Source: a virus (Duplodnaviria > Caudoviricetes). From it: DNA of 64,000 nucleotides. The position numbers and the translations under genes were made by a program. How positions within the stretch are numbered: the first letter of the stretch is position 1; each line of letters begins with the position of its first letter. The notes beneath the pieces are model-generated. The model was not told the origin of the DNA and did no database searches. It was given only the letters and a program-made list of their open reading frames with translations. The DNA lies in the IMG/VR virus record IMGVR_UViG_3300031088_000008, positions 160,001 through 224,000 of that record, one strand, 5' to 3'. This document shows, in pieces, positions 52,901 through 63,364 of the stretch.

Positions 52901-53275
52901 TTAGGTTACCTTCTGATACTGTGGGATTATCATGTGTCGTACCTCTTCAGCATAGAGGTCGTGGGTGACGATGTAGAAGCGGATCTCCTCACTCTGTCCA
53001 GCGGTGCTCTGCCTGAGTACGTCTTCCAGAGCTGGTACATAGTGTGCTCCATAGGCTTCTGGGTTCTCCCTGAAGTACTGGAGCGCAGTCCTGATAGCAC
53101 GACTACTGGGTGGGTGGCGATCTGCCCACGCTCGGTGGCCGCGCTGGATTGAGTTGGCATAGGTCAATACTTGACAGCGTTCCAACCTGAGGTGTACCTC
53201 TTTGTCCTGTTCCGCCATGGAAAGTGGTGCATCCTCACCGCTAAAGTTCAGCTCAAGTTGATTGGTGTCGCGCAT
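52901..53275 (-). CDS. hypothetical protein
   Basis: about 124 aa, SD GAGG. Confidence 0.6.
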   Translation of the reverse strand: MRDTNQLELNFSGEDAPLSMAEQDKEVHLRLERCQVLTYANSIQRGHRAWADRHPPSSRAIRTALQYFRENPEAYGAHYVPALEDVLRQSTAGQSEEIRFYIVTHDLYAEEVRHMIIPQYQKVT

Positions 53276-53288
53276 GATTGGTAGCCTC

Positions 53289-54623
53289 TTATCTAAGGTA
53301 GGAGTTGCGTGTTGCCATAATATCATTCCAGCTTTGGTAGCCAGAGGGCACCCCGTATTTGAAGGGCTCTGCCCCTGCGTTAATGGACCACTCTCCCCTG
53401 ACAGTAACGTTGGGCTCAGTGATACAAAAGTAGTTTTCCAAGTTCATATTGCCGTATGGATCCCAGTCCAATCCCAGTGACGCGGGATCGCTGGCAACTG
53501 GTGTGCCCATCCAACCCTGCTCATCTCTGAGGTACCATTTGCTCTGAAAGTATTGAGGAGTATTCATTGCAAAGCCCCAAGTCTTCGTCCCACCAACGGG
53601 AGTTGCTCGTGCTCCACCTCTATTCAAAGACGCTGCATTGACTGTCAATGCTAGGCTGGTTGCCAGGATGCCGCTTTCCTGTGTGTCGCCGGCACCTCCC
53701 AACACGAAGGCATTCGTCCTTCTATAGTGTCTGGTACCAAATCGAGAACTAGCGGCACCAACTTTGTGGGCGGTTACCTCGAAATACATCTTGCTCATGT
53801 TGGGGATTGGAACGTTACTGTATGCGCTGGCAATGAACGATGTGGAAACTGTGCTATTGGTAAGTGAAACTCTAGTATCATTTACCTGCACTCCACCATA
53901 ACCGGCCATCAAGCGCACCTTGTGGTCGCGATAGCCAAGGAAATTGTAGTTGGCTGGAAGATAGGGTGTTGACAGTTGTCCTGCGTTCAGAGTAATATTC
54001 AAGCCTGTTGCTGCTAGAACTTGCACCATGGGAGTAATGGATCCAGCGATACCAGTGCTACTTGCCATGGAATAGCTGAGTGTTCCCATGTCCTGCGTGG
54101 TAACTGGTGAGCCTAAGGTAGCCCAAACACCATTGACATGAAAGGTCGTCTTGATAGTGTTGGTTCCAGCACCTGAGGCATCAACCACCATGCCCACAAT
54201 ATCACCGTTCTTTAGTTCTGGAAAATACTTTCCCAATACAGTGGTGCTACTGCCGGAAAAGACTGTACCATCCGTTCTAAGCCACACACCATTGAGTGTG
54301 TTAGCGGTAATCGCGCTTGTACTGCCCACTCCCCAAGCGTTGGTCCAACCCAGTCTGCTAAGTGCTCTGATGTCATTGATGCGCCACTCAACGTATCGTC
54401 GATCGTTGTAGATGTTGGTGTTGATTACCGCATGGGAAAGAGTGGTAACCTTCTTTTGAATCGTGAGACCATTGTCAAAAAAGTCATAGACATTTGACGC
54501 GGTATCATAGGTCGCACCTTGGAAACTTGGGTACATTCCATCAAATACTTGGGAAACCAGAGGAGGAGTGGTCACCTTAATAAATGGGATAGGCTTGAAG
54601 GCGCCAGTAAATTTCAAAGACAT
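53289..54623 (-). CDS. SPRY/concanavalin-like tandem domain virion protein
   Basis: two repeats: YVEW/YFEV, GDIVGMVVD, FHVNG, NAG..PF.Y..P.GY. Confidence 0.7.
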   Translation of the reverse strand: MSLKFTGAFKPIPFIKVTTPPLVSQVFDGMYPSFQGATYDTASNVYDFFDNGLTIQKKVTTLSHAVINTNIYNDRRYVEWRINDIRALSRLGWTNAWGVGSTSAITANTLNGVWLRTDGTVFSGSSTTVLGKYFPELKNGDIVGMVVDASGAGTNTIKTTFHVNGVWATLGSPVTTQDMGTLSYSMASSTGIAGSITPMVQVLAATGLNITLNAGQLSTPYLPANYNFLGYRDHKVRLMAGYGGVQVNDTRVSLTNSTVSTSFIASAYSNVPIPNMSKMYFEVTAHKVGAASSRFGTRHYRRTNAFVLGGAGDTQESGILATSLALTVNAASLNRGGARATPVGGTKTWGFAMNTPQYFQSKWYLRDEQGWMGTPVASDPASLGLDWDPYGNMNLENYFCITEPNVTVRGEWSINAGAEPFKYGVPSGYQSWNDIMATRNSYLR

Positions 54624-54659
54624 CAGGTAACTCCTTTAACAGGATACTTATTAGTCATG

Positions 54660-54688
54660 GAAAAGCCCGGAGGATTGCTTCTCCGGGC
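54660..54688 (-). terminator. intrinsic terminator
   Basis: GCCCGGAGGA-ttgc-TTCTCCGGGC with TTTT on the minus strand. Confidence 0.75.
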
Positions 54689-54696
54689 CCATCCTC

Positions 54697-55857
54697 TTAG
54701 TTGTGGAGTACGACTACCAGCTTGTCCAGCTTGCTGTCCTGTACCGCGGGGCTTACGATCTCAAGATAGTCCGCAAGAACCAGTGCTCGATCGCTGCTCG
54801 TTGGCACCGCAATAGTTCCAACTGTCTCACCGGCCAAGAAGGTGATCGTACCAATATTGGTACCGTTCTTGGCGATGTTGAACACGGTGTCCGCATCTGG
54901 TGCAACCAAGACCTTGGCCTTGCTGTTTCCAACAACGATCGTGAAGTCATCTGTTACCACGTCGGCACGGCTGCGGGCATTAGCTGCCATGGTTGGTACG
55001 GCGTTCATGTAGAACTTTACCGCGTAGGTCTGAACACTTGTGGAACCACTACCGCCGGGCACTGCCCAAGTTCCATCTGCCCTCAGATACTTGGTTGTAC
55101 CGCCACCACTCTTTGGTACGATACCAGCGGTCGTGCTGGTGAACACGGGCTTGTCGGCGTCCGCAGTATTGTCCACGTTGGAGAGACCAACCGTTGTCTT
55201 GTCCACTACGACGAAAGCCTTGCTTCCATTGAGGAACTTGGTTGTTGGCGAGGTCGTGGGTGCAACCAGCTTGTCTTCCTTGCCATCCAGTGCCGCTTGT
55301 GCCAGGGTACTGATGGGCTTGGAGAGGTCGCTGGTGTTATCAACGAGTGCCAGACCAACTGCCGTCTTGTTCAAGTCCTGGAAGGTCTTGTCACCACGGT
55401 AATACTGTCCAACGCCACCACCGGTTACGGTTGGTTCCTTGGCATCAAGTGCAGTCTTGGTTGCCGTGCTGATTGGCTTGTTGGCATCACTGGTGTTGCT
55501 GACATTGTCGAGCAACAATAGTGTCTTGGCTTCCAGGGGATCCAAGTTCTCAATGGCACCTGTGTTGGCGCTCTTGCGTCCCAACAGGATTCCACTGTTG
55601 GTTGTCAGACCGCTGCTGGTGATGCCACCCTTGTTTACCTTGGTACCTAGGGTGTCCTGGAGATCCTCGTCATCAAGCAGGTTGCCCCAAGTCTTGTCAC
55701 CCTTAAAGTATTGGGCGGGCTGGGCAAAGGAAATAGAAGGTTCCTTGCCACTGTAAAGTTCGGTGAAGTTGGCGTTTGCTTTACTGAACGCCAAGTTCAG
55801 CTTGTCACCAGTGCCGTCGTTGGCCGTGGTTCCAACATTGATAGTCTGCTTTGCCAT
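54697..55857 (-). CDS. tail fibre/baseplate-attached protein
   Basis: T4 gp9/gp10-like N-terminus QTINVGTTANDGTGD.L..AF.K.N.NFTELY; repeats V(D/S)NT(S/A)D..KP. Confidence 0.8.
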   Translation of the reverse strand: MAKQTINVGTTANDGTGDKLNLAFSKANANFTELYSGKEPSISFAQPAQYFKGDKTWGNLLDDEDLQDTLGTKVNKGGITSSGLTTNSGILLGRKSANTGAIENLDPLEAKTLLLLDNVSNTSDANKPISTATKTALDAKEPTVTGGGVGQYYRGDKTFQDLNKTAVGLALVDNTSDLSKPISTLAQAALDGKEDKLVAPTTSPTTKFLNGSKAFVVVDKTTVGLSNVDNTADADKPVFTSTTAGIVPKSGGGTTKYLRADGTWAVPGGSGSTSVQTYAVKFYMNAVPTMAANARSRADVVTDDFTIVVGNSKAKVLVAPDADTVFNIAKNGTNIGTITFLAGETVGTIAVPTSSDRALVLADYLEIVSPAVQDSKLDKLVVVLHN

Positions 55858-55868
55858 GTTGTTTCTCC

Positions 55869-58289
55869 TTAGCCGTTGTCAACGGTAATGGTGTCGTCGT
55901 CTGCGGAAATCTGATCACTGTCAACGCGAGTAACTGGTGCGATGATGATGTTCTCATCCAAGTCTCCCGAGAGATCCCAGATGTTGTTTCCCACATAGAT
56001 AAGTTCAGCCCTGCTGTAACGTCGCCTCAATGCGTAACCATTGGGAGTATTGACAGTTACGTTGCCGGTTGGTGTAATGCTCGTTGGCCCAATACCAGTC
56101 TGTGCAATCCTGATTGTGGCACCTAGGTTAAACTCCACTTGCTCACTGTCAGGGATCATTACCTCATTGGGCACCGATACGTTGACCCTCAGGTACTTTC
56201 CAACATCGTTCAAGGTCAGCATCCTATCGGTGTCAACGGAAACGATTGGGATATTGTTGTCCAGCTTGCTCAGGAGACTGGTGATCAGTACCTCACCATC
56301 ATCGCTTAGGATCATCTCATTGACTGTGATGCCCCGAATGTCGCAATCCAGGAACTGTACTCGACCAGTTGTTGGTCCATACAATCCCAGGGCAACCTGC
56401 TGGCGATCTGCCTTCAAGAAGCCGCAGTTCTTGATCGTTCCCCTTACCAATCCACCGGACACGATCATCGCTGGTCCGGTATCACTGGCGCGGTCGCTGA
56501 TGTCCCAGGTGATGTTGCTCATATTGAACTCATCAACATTGGAACCAATCTGCAGATCACCCTTTACCACAGTATTGGTGGAGTCAAAGAAGCTCTCAAA
56601 AGAGATCCTGCGGAAGTTTTGAACAACCACATCCTCATTGTATAGGTTGCCCATTAGAACGATAGTCCAGTGGGCATTGGTGTTGGTTGGGATGGTTGTC
56701 AATGCCTTGTTGATGGTCAGGTATGGGTTAGTGAATGCACCATTTCCATCACCGTCCGTTCCATGTGGGGCAACGAATACTGTCTGGGCCAGCGTCTGTG
56801 CTTCAACCTCTTCCTCGGTGTACCAAGTCAAGCCCTGAACGCCCATGATCATAAACTGACCGGGCTGTCCGCGTGTGGTTGGCCACAGAGTATTGTTCAG
56901 TCGAAGTGTTGAGCCACCAATCTGAACCGTATCGTCGGATTGGATGTTCATTGGACCAGTGCCCTGGACTGTGATATCCGAGCCCCTTAGACCAATTGAT
57001 CCACCCTGATAGTCAAGTGCGGTTCCCTTTAGTGTCAGGGCTCCCTCGCTGGTGATACCAACGCTCTTACCATTTAGAGCCAGGGCACCAGTGCTGTTGA
57101 TGTTTACACCAACGCCACCCAACGTTACTGCGCCACTGCTTTGCAGATTCGTGGACGTGGACAGGACGGTAAGTGCCTTGCCCGTTAGGCCAATGTCACC
57201 GCTGCTCTGAAGCAGAAGCGACGTGCCGGTAACTGACACAGGACCGCCTTGTAGAACAATTGGCGTGCTGCCAGTGCCCTGAATGCTGATACCAGTCTGC
57301 GCTACCGTAATGGTGCTCGCTGGGTTGCTGGATCCACTCTTAAGGACCAAGCTACCAGTTGAACTCCGGATTGAATAGTTCTTTGTGTCCAGGTCACCGC
57401 CTAGGATTGGTGCAGTATCGCTCTCAATCTTTGCCAGTTGTGCCCGGAGATTTGCCACAGTGGTGTTCTTTGGCAAGTTGTCCCGGAGGTCGTGCCAGAC
57501 AATCAAGTCCTGGTCACGAATGTTGTCTTTTGCCTCAGTGTTTCCAATGTCCAGCTGAACCACTGGCGCCGAAGGATCAGGAGTTACCTTGATACCCAGT
57601 CCACCAATGACACCCTGGATTGTTCCCGCACCAACAGGCTGCCAGGAAACCGTGGGACCATTGGCCACCAGAGCATAGGCTGCACCGGAGGGAGGAGGAG
57701 CAAGTTCCTTGGAACTATTCGTGCTGTCACCGATCAACAGGGCACCGCTTGCCAGCTTGTGGCTGTTTAGACCATAGCTAACCGACCGCGTACCAGTTGC
57801 AATCAGGCGTCCAAGACCATTAAAGCGGTATGTGGGAAAGTGTACCGTTCCCGTACCAATACCCAGCGAGGAAGCATCCGTTCCAATCTCTTGGTTCTCA
57901 CCGCCAACCGCCCAAGAGATCGTGTGAGTCGTTGGTGTTACCTGAACGATTCGACCCTTGGCATCGATCTGTAGGTCAAAGTCCTGGCCCTTAGTGGAAA
58001 GTACCGCACCGGCGGGCAATACATTGGCTAGGGTAAAGTTTACTTCAAGATTGGGATCAGAGGTGTTGAACACCATCGCGTTACCAATGCGATCACTCTT
58101 ACCTGCCGCGTCACCAACAAAGCTGAAGCGAGTATTCTGAAACTTTGTTAGCTCATCACTTGCCTGCTGAAAGCCGGCCAAGACTGCCCTTGAGTTCTGA
58201 CGGAAGCCAGCTGAAGAGTTGTTTTGACCCGAAATCGGGAAATCAGTGTTGAGACCAATCTGGTTGACCTTTGTGAGAATGTCACTCAT
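55869..58289 (-). CDS. tail fibre/spike-like virion protein with beta-helix regions
   Basis: G/S/T-rich repeats, TVFVAPHGTD...G....PYLTINKAL, C-terminal ..WDLSGDL domain. Confidence 0.75.
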   Translation of the reverse strand: MSDILTKVNQIGLNTDFPISGQNNSSAGFRQNSRAVLAGFQQASDELTKFQNTRFSFVGDAAGKSDRIGNAMVFNTSDPNLEVNFTLANVLPAGAVLSTKGQDFDLQIDAKGRIVQVTPTTHTISWAVGGENQEIGTDASSLGIGTGTVHFPTYRFNGLGRLIATGTRSVSYGLNSHKLASGALLIGDSTNSSKELAPPPSGAAYALVANGPTVSWQPVGAGTIQGVIGGLGIKVTPDPSAPVVQLDIGNTEAKDNIRDQDLIVWHDLRDNLPKNTTVANLRAQLAKIESDTAPILGGDLDTKNYSIRSSTGSLVLKSGSSNPASTITVAQTGISIQGTGSTPIVLQGGPVSVTGTSLLLQSSGDIGLTGKALTVLSTSTNLQSSGAVTLGGVGVNINSTGALALNGKSVGITSEGALTLKGTALDYQGGSIGLRGSDITVQGTGPMNIQSDDTVQIGGSTLRLNNTLWPTTRGQPGQFMIMGVQGLTWYTEEEVEAQTLAQTVFVAPHGTDGDGNGAFTNPYLTINKALTTIPTNTNAHWTIVLMGNLYNEDVVVQNFRRISFESFFDSTNTVVKGDLQIGSNVDEFNMSNITWDISDRASDTGPAMIVSGGLVRGTIKNCGFLKADRQQVALGLYGPTTGRVQFLDCDIRGITVNEMILSDDGEVLITSLLSKLDNNIPIVSVDTDRMLTLNDVGKYLRVNVSVPNEVMIPDSEQVEFNLGATIRIAQTGIGPTSITPTGNVTVNTPNGYALRRRYSRAELIYVGNNIWDLSGDLDENIIIAPVTRVDSDQISADDDTITVDNG

Positions 58290-58297
58290 CGGTTCTC

Positions 58298-60304
58298 CTA
58301 TTTGTCACCTGGCGGAAACTTGTAGTATTTACTCTCAGACTGGAGTACCTTATCAAAGGAAGTCAGCTGAGTGGTACGGTTCTCCGCATTGTCGGGACCA
58401 TCAAAGGTTGTCAGCGCACCAGTATCTGGATCGAAATCAAAAGTAGTCGAGGTAAAGCCATCACTTAGGAGAAGGTACCTATCCACTGAGATAGTCGTAC
58501 CCTGTAAGTCCTCGTTGAATCCTGCTTGCTCCAAGGCTCTTACCAGTGCGGGACCCGATCCTGCCTTAACGTAAGCCAGCTCAATGACAGTTTGGTATCC
58601 AGGAATGGTTGCTGGCTTTCCAGCTTCCTGTTCACTCATCATCCAGAGTGGCAAACCCTCTCGACCAACCAGTCCATAGCCGCGCGTTCCAGCAGTCTGG
58701 GCCTGTTCTGCCCAGTCCTGTCGGTTGCGATTGCTCTGCATGTCCAGCCGCATGTTACGGATACTATTGGGAAAGTAATGGCTGTCTTCCTTGGATAGGT
58801 TCATCACAGGAATTGCCGTCTGCTTTTGCCCTGGCTGGTAACGAGATAGAGTTACCTCTTTGTTTCCAGCATCAAATCCACCAGCACCTGACATTGGATC
58901 AATAACCGTCAGGTAGAGTACATCATAGAGGTGGACACCCTCTGGACTCCTGGCGCGACTGCTGGCCAGCTTTCCAATCCTCCAAGTGGTTGGATGGTGA
59001 TAGTCCTTGAGTTTGTCCAAAAAGCTACCATCTTGAACATAATTCAAGCCGGCGGCTACCAAGATGTTGTATTCCTTTTTCTTACCAAACAATTGGTCGC
59101 TGGGTCGGAAGTTGTTGTCACGTCCCAACAAAGTTAGTTCATGCGGTGCCTTGGCCGATGGTTCTTTCAGCTCTGCGGTGTTGCCCCAAATCCACCGGAC
59201 AATCTTTCTCCGTGCATCGCCAGGAACATTTACCTGCAAGGTTGTCACACTATCGGAGGCAAAGATGCTGCGAATGGTCACGCTAAAGCTGCGCTCGCTT
59301 GCCACACTACTCTGGCGAACCTCACCAGTGATCTGGTTTTGAAAGACCACTCGGGCCTCAACCTTGAACTCAAAGGAAGTATTGGTTACCACATAGGGGC
59401 AACGTCCAAGTATCAGTCCAGTGTTGGGATCAAGGAGGAGACCATCGGGAAGTGGATTGCTCCTGCCGGTCAAAGTGTAGCGGATGATCTGCACTTCCAG
59501 GTTGTTGCTTCCGTTTACCTGATACTGTGGTACTGCCTTGACTGCAAAGTGACTGGGATAGGTCTCATAAGTGGATCCTAGGCTTCCCGCAGGAGTCTCC
59601 CACCTAACCGTATCGCTGAGTCGGGCATCCAGGACGATCTCTGAATTGAGTGTGATCCTGTAGGTTTTCTCTGAGGTACGGGGCGCACCCTCGCCATGAG
59701 GATTGCGAGCCACGTCATCGGGATCGCGGGCGTACACCTTAAAATAGTAGGCACCAGGTTGGTTGCCAGTAACCGTTGGTGATCCAATGATGCGAACAAT
59801 GTTGGGCTGCGCTTGCTCAACTGCCAGACCATTTGGAAGACCCTCGTGGGTACCTGGGATACCAGTACGAACACCCATTGCCTTGTAGGTCAGGTTGTCC
59901 ATGTCGGGGTTGATAATGTCCAGCTGGATGTTGACACTTGAGCCACGGTTTACCGCACCAAGATCCTGAAGACCAGCGGGCATTGCCCAGCTCTGTTCCT
60001 CATCCCTGGGGTCCACGATCCACTTGTAGGATCGATCAAAGGTCTTGGTTGGATCGGAAGCACTGACAGCACGAAAGACCACGGGATAGCTGTCCTGGTC
60101 TTTGGAGAGAGCCAAGATGGTTCCATAGATGCGTCGAGTAGCGCCATTGAAGTTTAGACCTGGGGGCAGGTCGCCGCCGATCAGGTCAATCCTCTGTGGA
60201 CTGTTGTTGAATTCGAGGAGAAGATCTACCACATCGCCACGGCGCCATGGTTGTCCACCATTCAAGAGCTTTCCACTTGCTGGAGACTTCCAAAGGTTTG
60301 CCAC
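58298..60304 (-). CDS. putative-Ig (He_PIG-like) domain virion/baseplate protein
   Basis: GGDLPPGLNF, LPNGLAV, LPDGLLLDPNTGLILG repeats. Confidence 0.75.
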   Translation of the reverse strand: MANLWKSPASGKLLNGGQPWRRGDVVDLLLEFNNSPQRIDLIGGDLPPGLNFNGATRRIYGTILALSKDQDSYPVVFRAVSASDPTKTFDRSYKWIVDPRDEEQSWAMPAGLQDLGAVNRGSSVNIQLDIINPDMDNLTYKAMGVRTGIPGTHEGLPNGLAVEQAQPNIVRIIGSPTVTGNQPGAYYFKVYARDPDDVARNPHGEGAPRTSEKTYRITLNSEIVLDARLSDTVRWETPAGSLGSTYETYPSHFAVKAVPQYQVNGSNNLEVQIIRYTLTGRSNPLPDGLLLDPNTGLILGRCPYVVTNTSFEFKVEARVVFQNQITGEVRQSSVASERSFSVTIRSIFASDSVTTLQVNVPGDARRKIVRWIWGNTAELKEPSAKAPHELTLLGRDNNFRPSDQLFGKKKEYNILVAAGLNYVQDGSFLDKLKDYHHPTTWRIGKLASSRARSPEGVHLYDVLYLTVIDPMSGAGGFDAGNKEVTLSRYQPGQKQTAIPVMNLSKEDSHYFPNSIRNMRLDMQSNRNRQDWAEQAQTAGTRGYGLVGREGLPLWMMSEQEAGKPATIPGYQTVIELAYVKAGSGPALVRALEQAGFNEDLQGTTISVDRYLLLSDGFTSTTFDFDPDTGALTTFDGPDNAENRTTQLTSFDKVLQSESKYYKFPPGDK

Positions 60305-60325
60305 TACGATACTCCCTAGTTTCTA

Positions 60326-60355
60326 TATTTACCTACGGGGCGGGAGCGGTAAATA
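60326..60355. promoter_or_regulatory. divergent pair of late promoters
   Basis: TAAATA on minus (60326-60331) and plus (60350-60355). Confidence 0.65.
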
Positions 60356-60376
60356 GGGCACTAGGTGGAGATGTTG

Positions 60377-60841
60377 ATGAGTATCAAATTGATTGGCCGT
60401 TACAAGCCCCACGGTAGAGTACACTTCAAGAGAATCTACCGAGCCCCAGCAGTTGCCAACCCTCCTGTTTGGGTTACCAGCAGTGGATTGATTGGTGCCT
60501 ACAAAGAAGGCGAAGCCATTGATCTGGCGTTGATTGCCAGCGATCCCAATGGTGACATTCAAAGCTATTCAGTACATGATGGTCTTCTTCCCGACGGTGT
60601 ATCACTGAATGCAATCTCTGGTCACCTTCTTGGTACCATTGGTCAGGTTGGACAGGACACCACGTTTACCTTTACGGCTCGCGTCACGGATCGGACTGGA
60701 CTCTTTGCAGACCAGCAGTTCAACCTTGTGGTAAAGGATCTGGGAACGCAAGTCAGCTGGGAAACACCAAGTGGTAGCTTGGGAGCCGGTGACAGTGGTA
60801 TGGATTACTCCAAGCAAGTAAAGGCAAACAGCAATGGCTAA
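60377..60841 (+). CDS. putative-Ig domain virion protein
   Basis: PVWVT..G...GLLPDGVSLN...FTFTARVTD. Confidence 0.8.
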   Translation: MSIKLIGRYKPHGRVHFKRIYRAPAVANPPVWVTSSGLIGAYKEGEAIDLALIASDPNGDIQSYSVHDGLLPDGVSLNAISGHLLGTIGQVGQDTTFTFTARVTDRTGLFADQQFNLVVKDLGTQVSWETPSGSLGAGDSGMDYSKQVKANSNG

Positions 60842-61997
60842 AGGACAGATCCAATACACGATTGCTGGCGGTGATCTTCCCGTTGGCGTTAGAATGGAAC
60901 CCAACACTGGTGCCCTAATGGGCAACTTGAGTCCGGAGAATGTTGGTGCAGGTCCCGTTTGGAATGGACCTGACAATGGTGCCGTTCTAGGAAGTGCAAA
61001 CGTTGGTGACAATGTCAACTTCACGGCCATCAATGTTGCACCACGTGCAGGCAAGACGCTTGCAGGTGTTGCGGTTGTTGGTAGGCGTCCACTTCCCTGG
61101 GGTCTCAGAATGGAACCCAAGACTGGTGCCATCACAGGAAAGGTTGCAGAACTCAAAGGTGAACAGCTTAACCAAACAACCAATACCAATCCACCACTTT
61201 GGGTCACACAGTTTGGTACTCTGGCCAGCTTCTCGGAAAGTGCAACGGTAAGCCTAACGGTTGCCGCAACACCACAGGCAAACAAGACACACAGAAGTTA
61301 CACCGTTGCTTCTGGTGGTCTGCCCTGGGGATTGAGCTTGGATCCCCGCAGTGGTAAGATCACAGGAACTGCTCTGGAACTTAAGGCTCCTGGCTTTGAT
61401 CTTGGCCTGAGTCCATCGGTGTTGACACCTCCGGTGTGGACCACACTTCCTGGAACCCTTAAGGTGTTCAACGAAACCGATGTTCTAAGCACCGCTAACG
61501 CGAATACTATCACGTTGGCTGCATCTGGACAAGCCGGTAAGACAATGGCAAGTTACCGAGTAATTGGTGGCGCTCTGCCCTGGGGCTTTGGTATTGATCC
61601 AAGGACTGGTGTCATTTCAGGAACGGCCGCAGAAGTAAAGCTGGCAACCGATCCCGTCTATTATGATCGTACCAAGGATCCCGTGTTGTCCAACACCGTT
61701 ACGGTAAATGGTAGCTCAATGGTGTTGACCAGCGATGGTTCCAGCTTGGGATCATTTGCCAAAGGTGCCGCGGTATCTGCTCAGATGGTTGTTCAACCAT
61801 ACGCAGGTCGAACCGCCCGAGCACACTTGGTCAATGGAACTCTACCAATTGGTCTTACCTTTGACAGCACGGGCAAGATTCAGGGAACTATTGCGTCCAC
61901 TAAGTATGTGACTAGTGGAGTCTACAATTTTACCGTAAGGGTCGTGGATAATATTCAGGCTTACAGCCTCCGCGCCTATTCTATCACTGTTCAGTAA
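60834..61997 (+). CDS. multi putative-Ig repeat virion protein
   Basis: five LP(W/V/I)G(L/V/F) repeats. Confidence 0.8.
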   Translation: MAKGQIQYTIAGGDLPVGVRMEPNTGALMGNLSPENVGAGPVWNGPDNGAVLGSANVGDNVNFTAINVAPRAGKTLAGVAVVGRRPLPWGLRMEPKTGAITGKVAELKGEQLNQTTNTNPPLWVTQFGTLASFSESATVSLTVAATPQANKTHRSYTVASGGLPWGLSLDPRSGKITGTALELKAPGFDLGLSPSVLTPPVWTTLPGTLKVFNETDVLSTANANTITLAASGQAGKTMASYRVIGGALPWGFGIDPRTGVISGTAAEVKLATDPVYYDRTKDPVLSNTVTVNGSSMVLTSDGSSLGSFAKGAAVSAQMVVQPYAGRTARAHLVNGTLPIGLTFDSTGKIQGTIASTKYVTSGVYNFTVRVVDNIQAYSLRAYSITVQ

Positions 61998-62008
61998 AGG
62001 AACAAACA

Positions 62009-63283
62009 ATGGCAAACTTCAACTTTACCGTTCGCGCCACGGACAGTGACGGTGCATACGCTGATCGTAATTTTGCGATCACCATCAATAACACTCGTGT
62101 TGAGCGCTACATGGTTGTTGACAACATTCACGCTTATACCAGTCCCGATCTTGTCAACTGGACCACACGAAACAACCAGGGTGGTTGGGACGTTTCCTAT
62201 GGCAACAGCATGTGGTTGATTGCAACCACCAGCGCGACTCCAGCTGCGACTCCTCAGGGCCTAGCATCACTCGGCGGTAGCGCCTATTATGCCAAGAGCA
62301 CCTTTGTTGTTCGAAAGAGCCCCGATGGTGTTAACTTCAGCATCATCAATCAAGCAGACATGACCTTTCTAAAGCCTGATGGCACCGCCTTTGTGGTCCC
62401 CTCAGTGGCCACCAACTACATGGTCAACGGTCGCCTGTCCTTTTCCAATGGCTTCTTTTGGTATCCAATGAGCTGGGGAACAAATTACACCACGACCGCG
62501 GCCAACTATACTTCTTATATTGCACGAAGCCCCGATGGTATTACTTGGACGATGTTTGCTTCACCAAACAAAGGTGCTTTTTACTATGATAACAGCCAGT
62601 ATGGCCATTATTTTCGTTCCTTCCACAAGGTAACGGACAGTGGCGCCGATCTATTCCTCCCCAGCTATGGCACGGCAAATGGTCACGTTGGTGGTCTCTA
62701 TGGATGGAAGAGCAGCGATCTTGGTGCTACTTGGACACCAGTCATCGACAGCACAGGAAAGGTAAACAATTCAACCGCGTTTATCTCCACGTATCTGACC
62801 CGCATCAATGGTCTTTATCTGGCAGCCAACCCTTCTAGCACAAGTCAGCCAGTCATGGTAAGCAATGATGGATACAATTGGTCCCCTTGTAATGTGATGG
62901 CCAACTCCATTAATGGTCAGGTAGCTGACATTGTCTATGCAAATGGAACCTTGTATGCTCATAGTTTCTCGTCAACCAGTCTATCTGGTTCATATTCCAG
63001 CACCCTGACGAGCACCGATGGCATCAATTGGACCAACGTTACACCAGCTGGCATGCAGATGTCGGCCAATAGCCCAAGTACAAACAATGTGATGACACTG
63101 ATTTACAAGAACGGCTACGTGATTCACGGACAGAGTTCCGCTTCAACTTCCTCTCAGTATCCCATGTATTACCAGTTCGCTGGTTCGGCTGATGGATTCG
63201 TCAGACCGGCTACTCCCTTTGTTGGTTCTGGCACTCCGACGCCATTTACCTACACCAACGGTATTGCGGCAATGGGAAGCTAA
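62009..63283 (+). CDS. BNR/Asp-box beta-propeller virion protein (candidate receptor-binding)
   Basis: repeated S.DG..W motifs (SPDLVNW, SPDGITW, SSDLGATW, SNDGYNW, STDGINW). Confidence 0.75.
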   Translation: MANFNFTVRATDSDGAYADRNFAITINNTRVERYMVVDNIHAYTSPDLVNWTTRNNQGGWDVSYGNSMWLIATTSATPAATPQGLASLGGSAYYAKSTFVVRKSPDGVNFSIINQADMTFLKPDGTAFVVPSVATNYMVNGRLSFSNGFFWYPMSWGTNYTTTAANYTSYIARSPDGITWTMFASPNKGAFYYDNSQYGHYFRSFHKVTDSGADLFLPSYGTANGHVGGLYGWKSSDLGATWTPVIDSTGKVNNSTAFISTYLTRINGLYLAANPSSTSQPVMVSNDGYNWSPCNVMANSINGQVADIVYANGTLYAHSFSSTSLSGSYSSTLTSTDGINWTNVTPAGMQMSANSPSTNNVMTLIYKNGYVIHGQSSASTSSQYPMYYQFAGSADGFVRPATPFVGSGTPTPFTYTNGIAAMGS

Positions 63284-63297
63284 TCTATACGATACTT

Positions 63298-63326
63298 TGG
63301 GGAGAGTGGAAACGCTCTCCCCATTT
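63298..63326 (+). terminator. intrinsic terminator
   Basis: TGGGGAGAGTG-gaaa-CGCTCTCCCCA-TTT. Confidence 0.75.
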
Positions 63327-63364
63327 CCATGAGTGGGTAAATAGACGACTAATGGAGGTAAACG

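Noticed and set aside
60825-60845. Programmed frameshift joining ORFs 60377 and 60834
   Set aside because: No slippery heptamer, and the second ORF has its own ATG with an upstream AAGG; separate genes are more likely.
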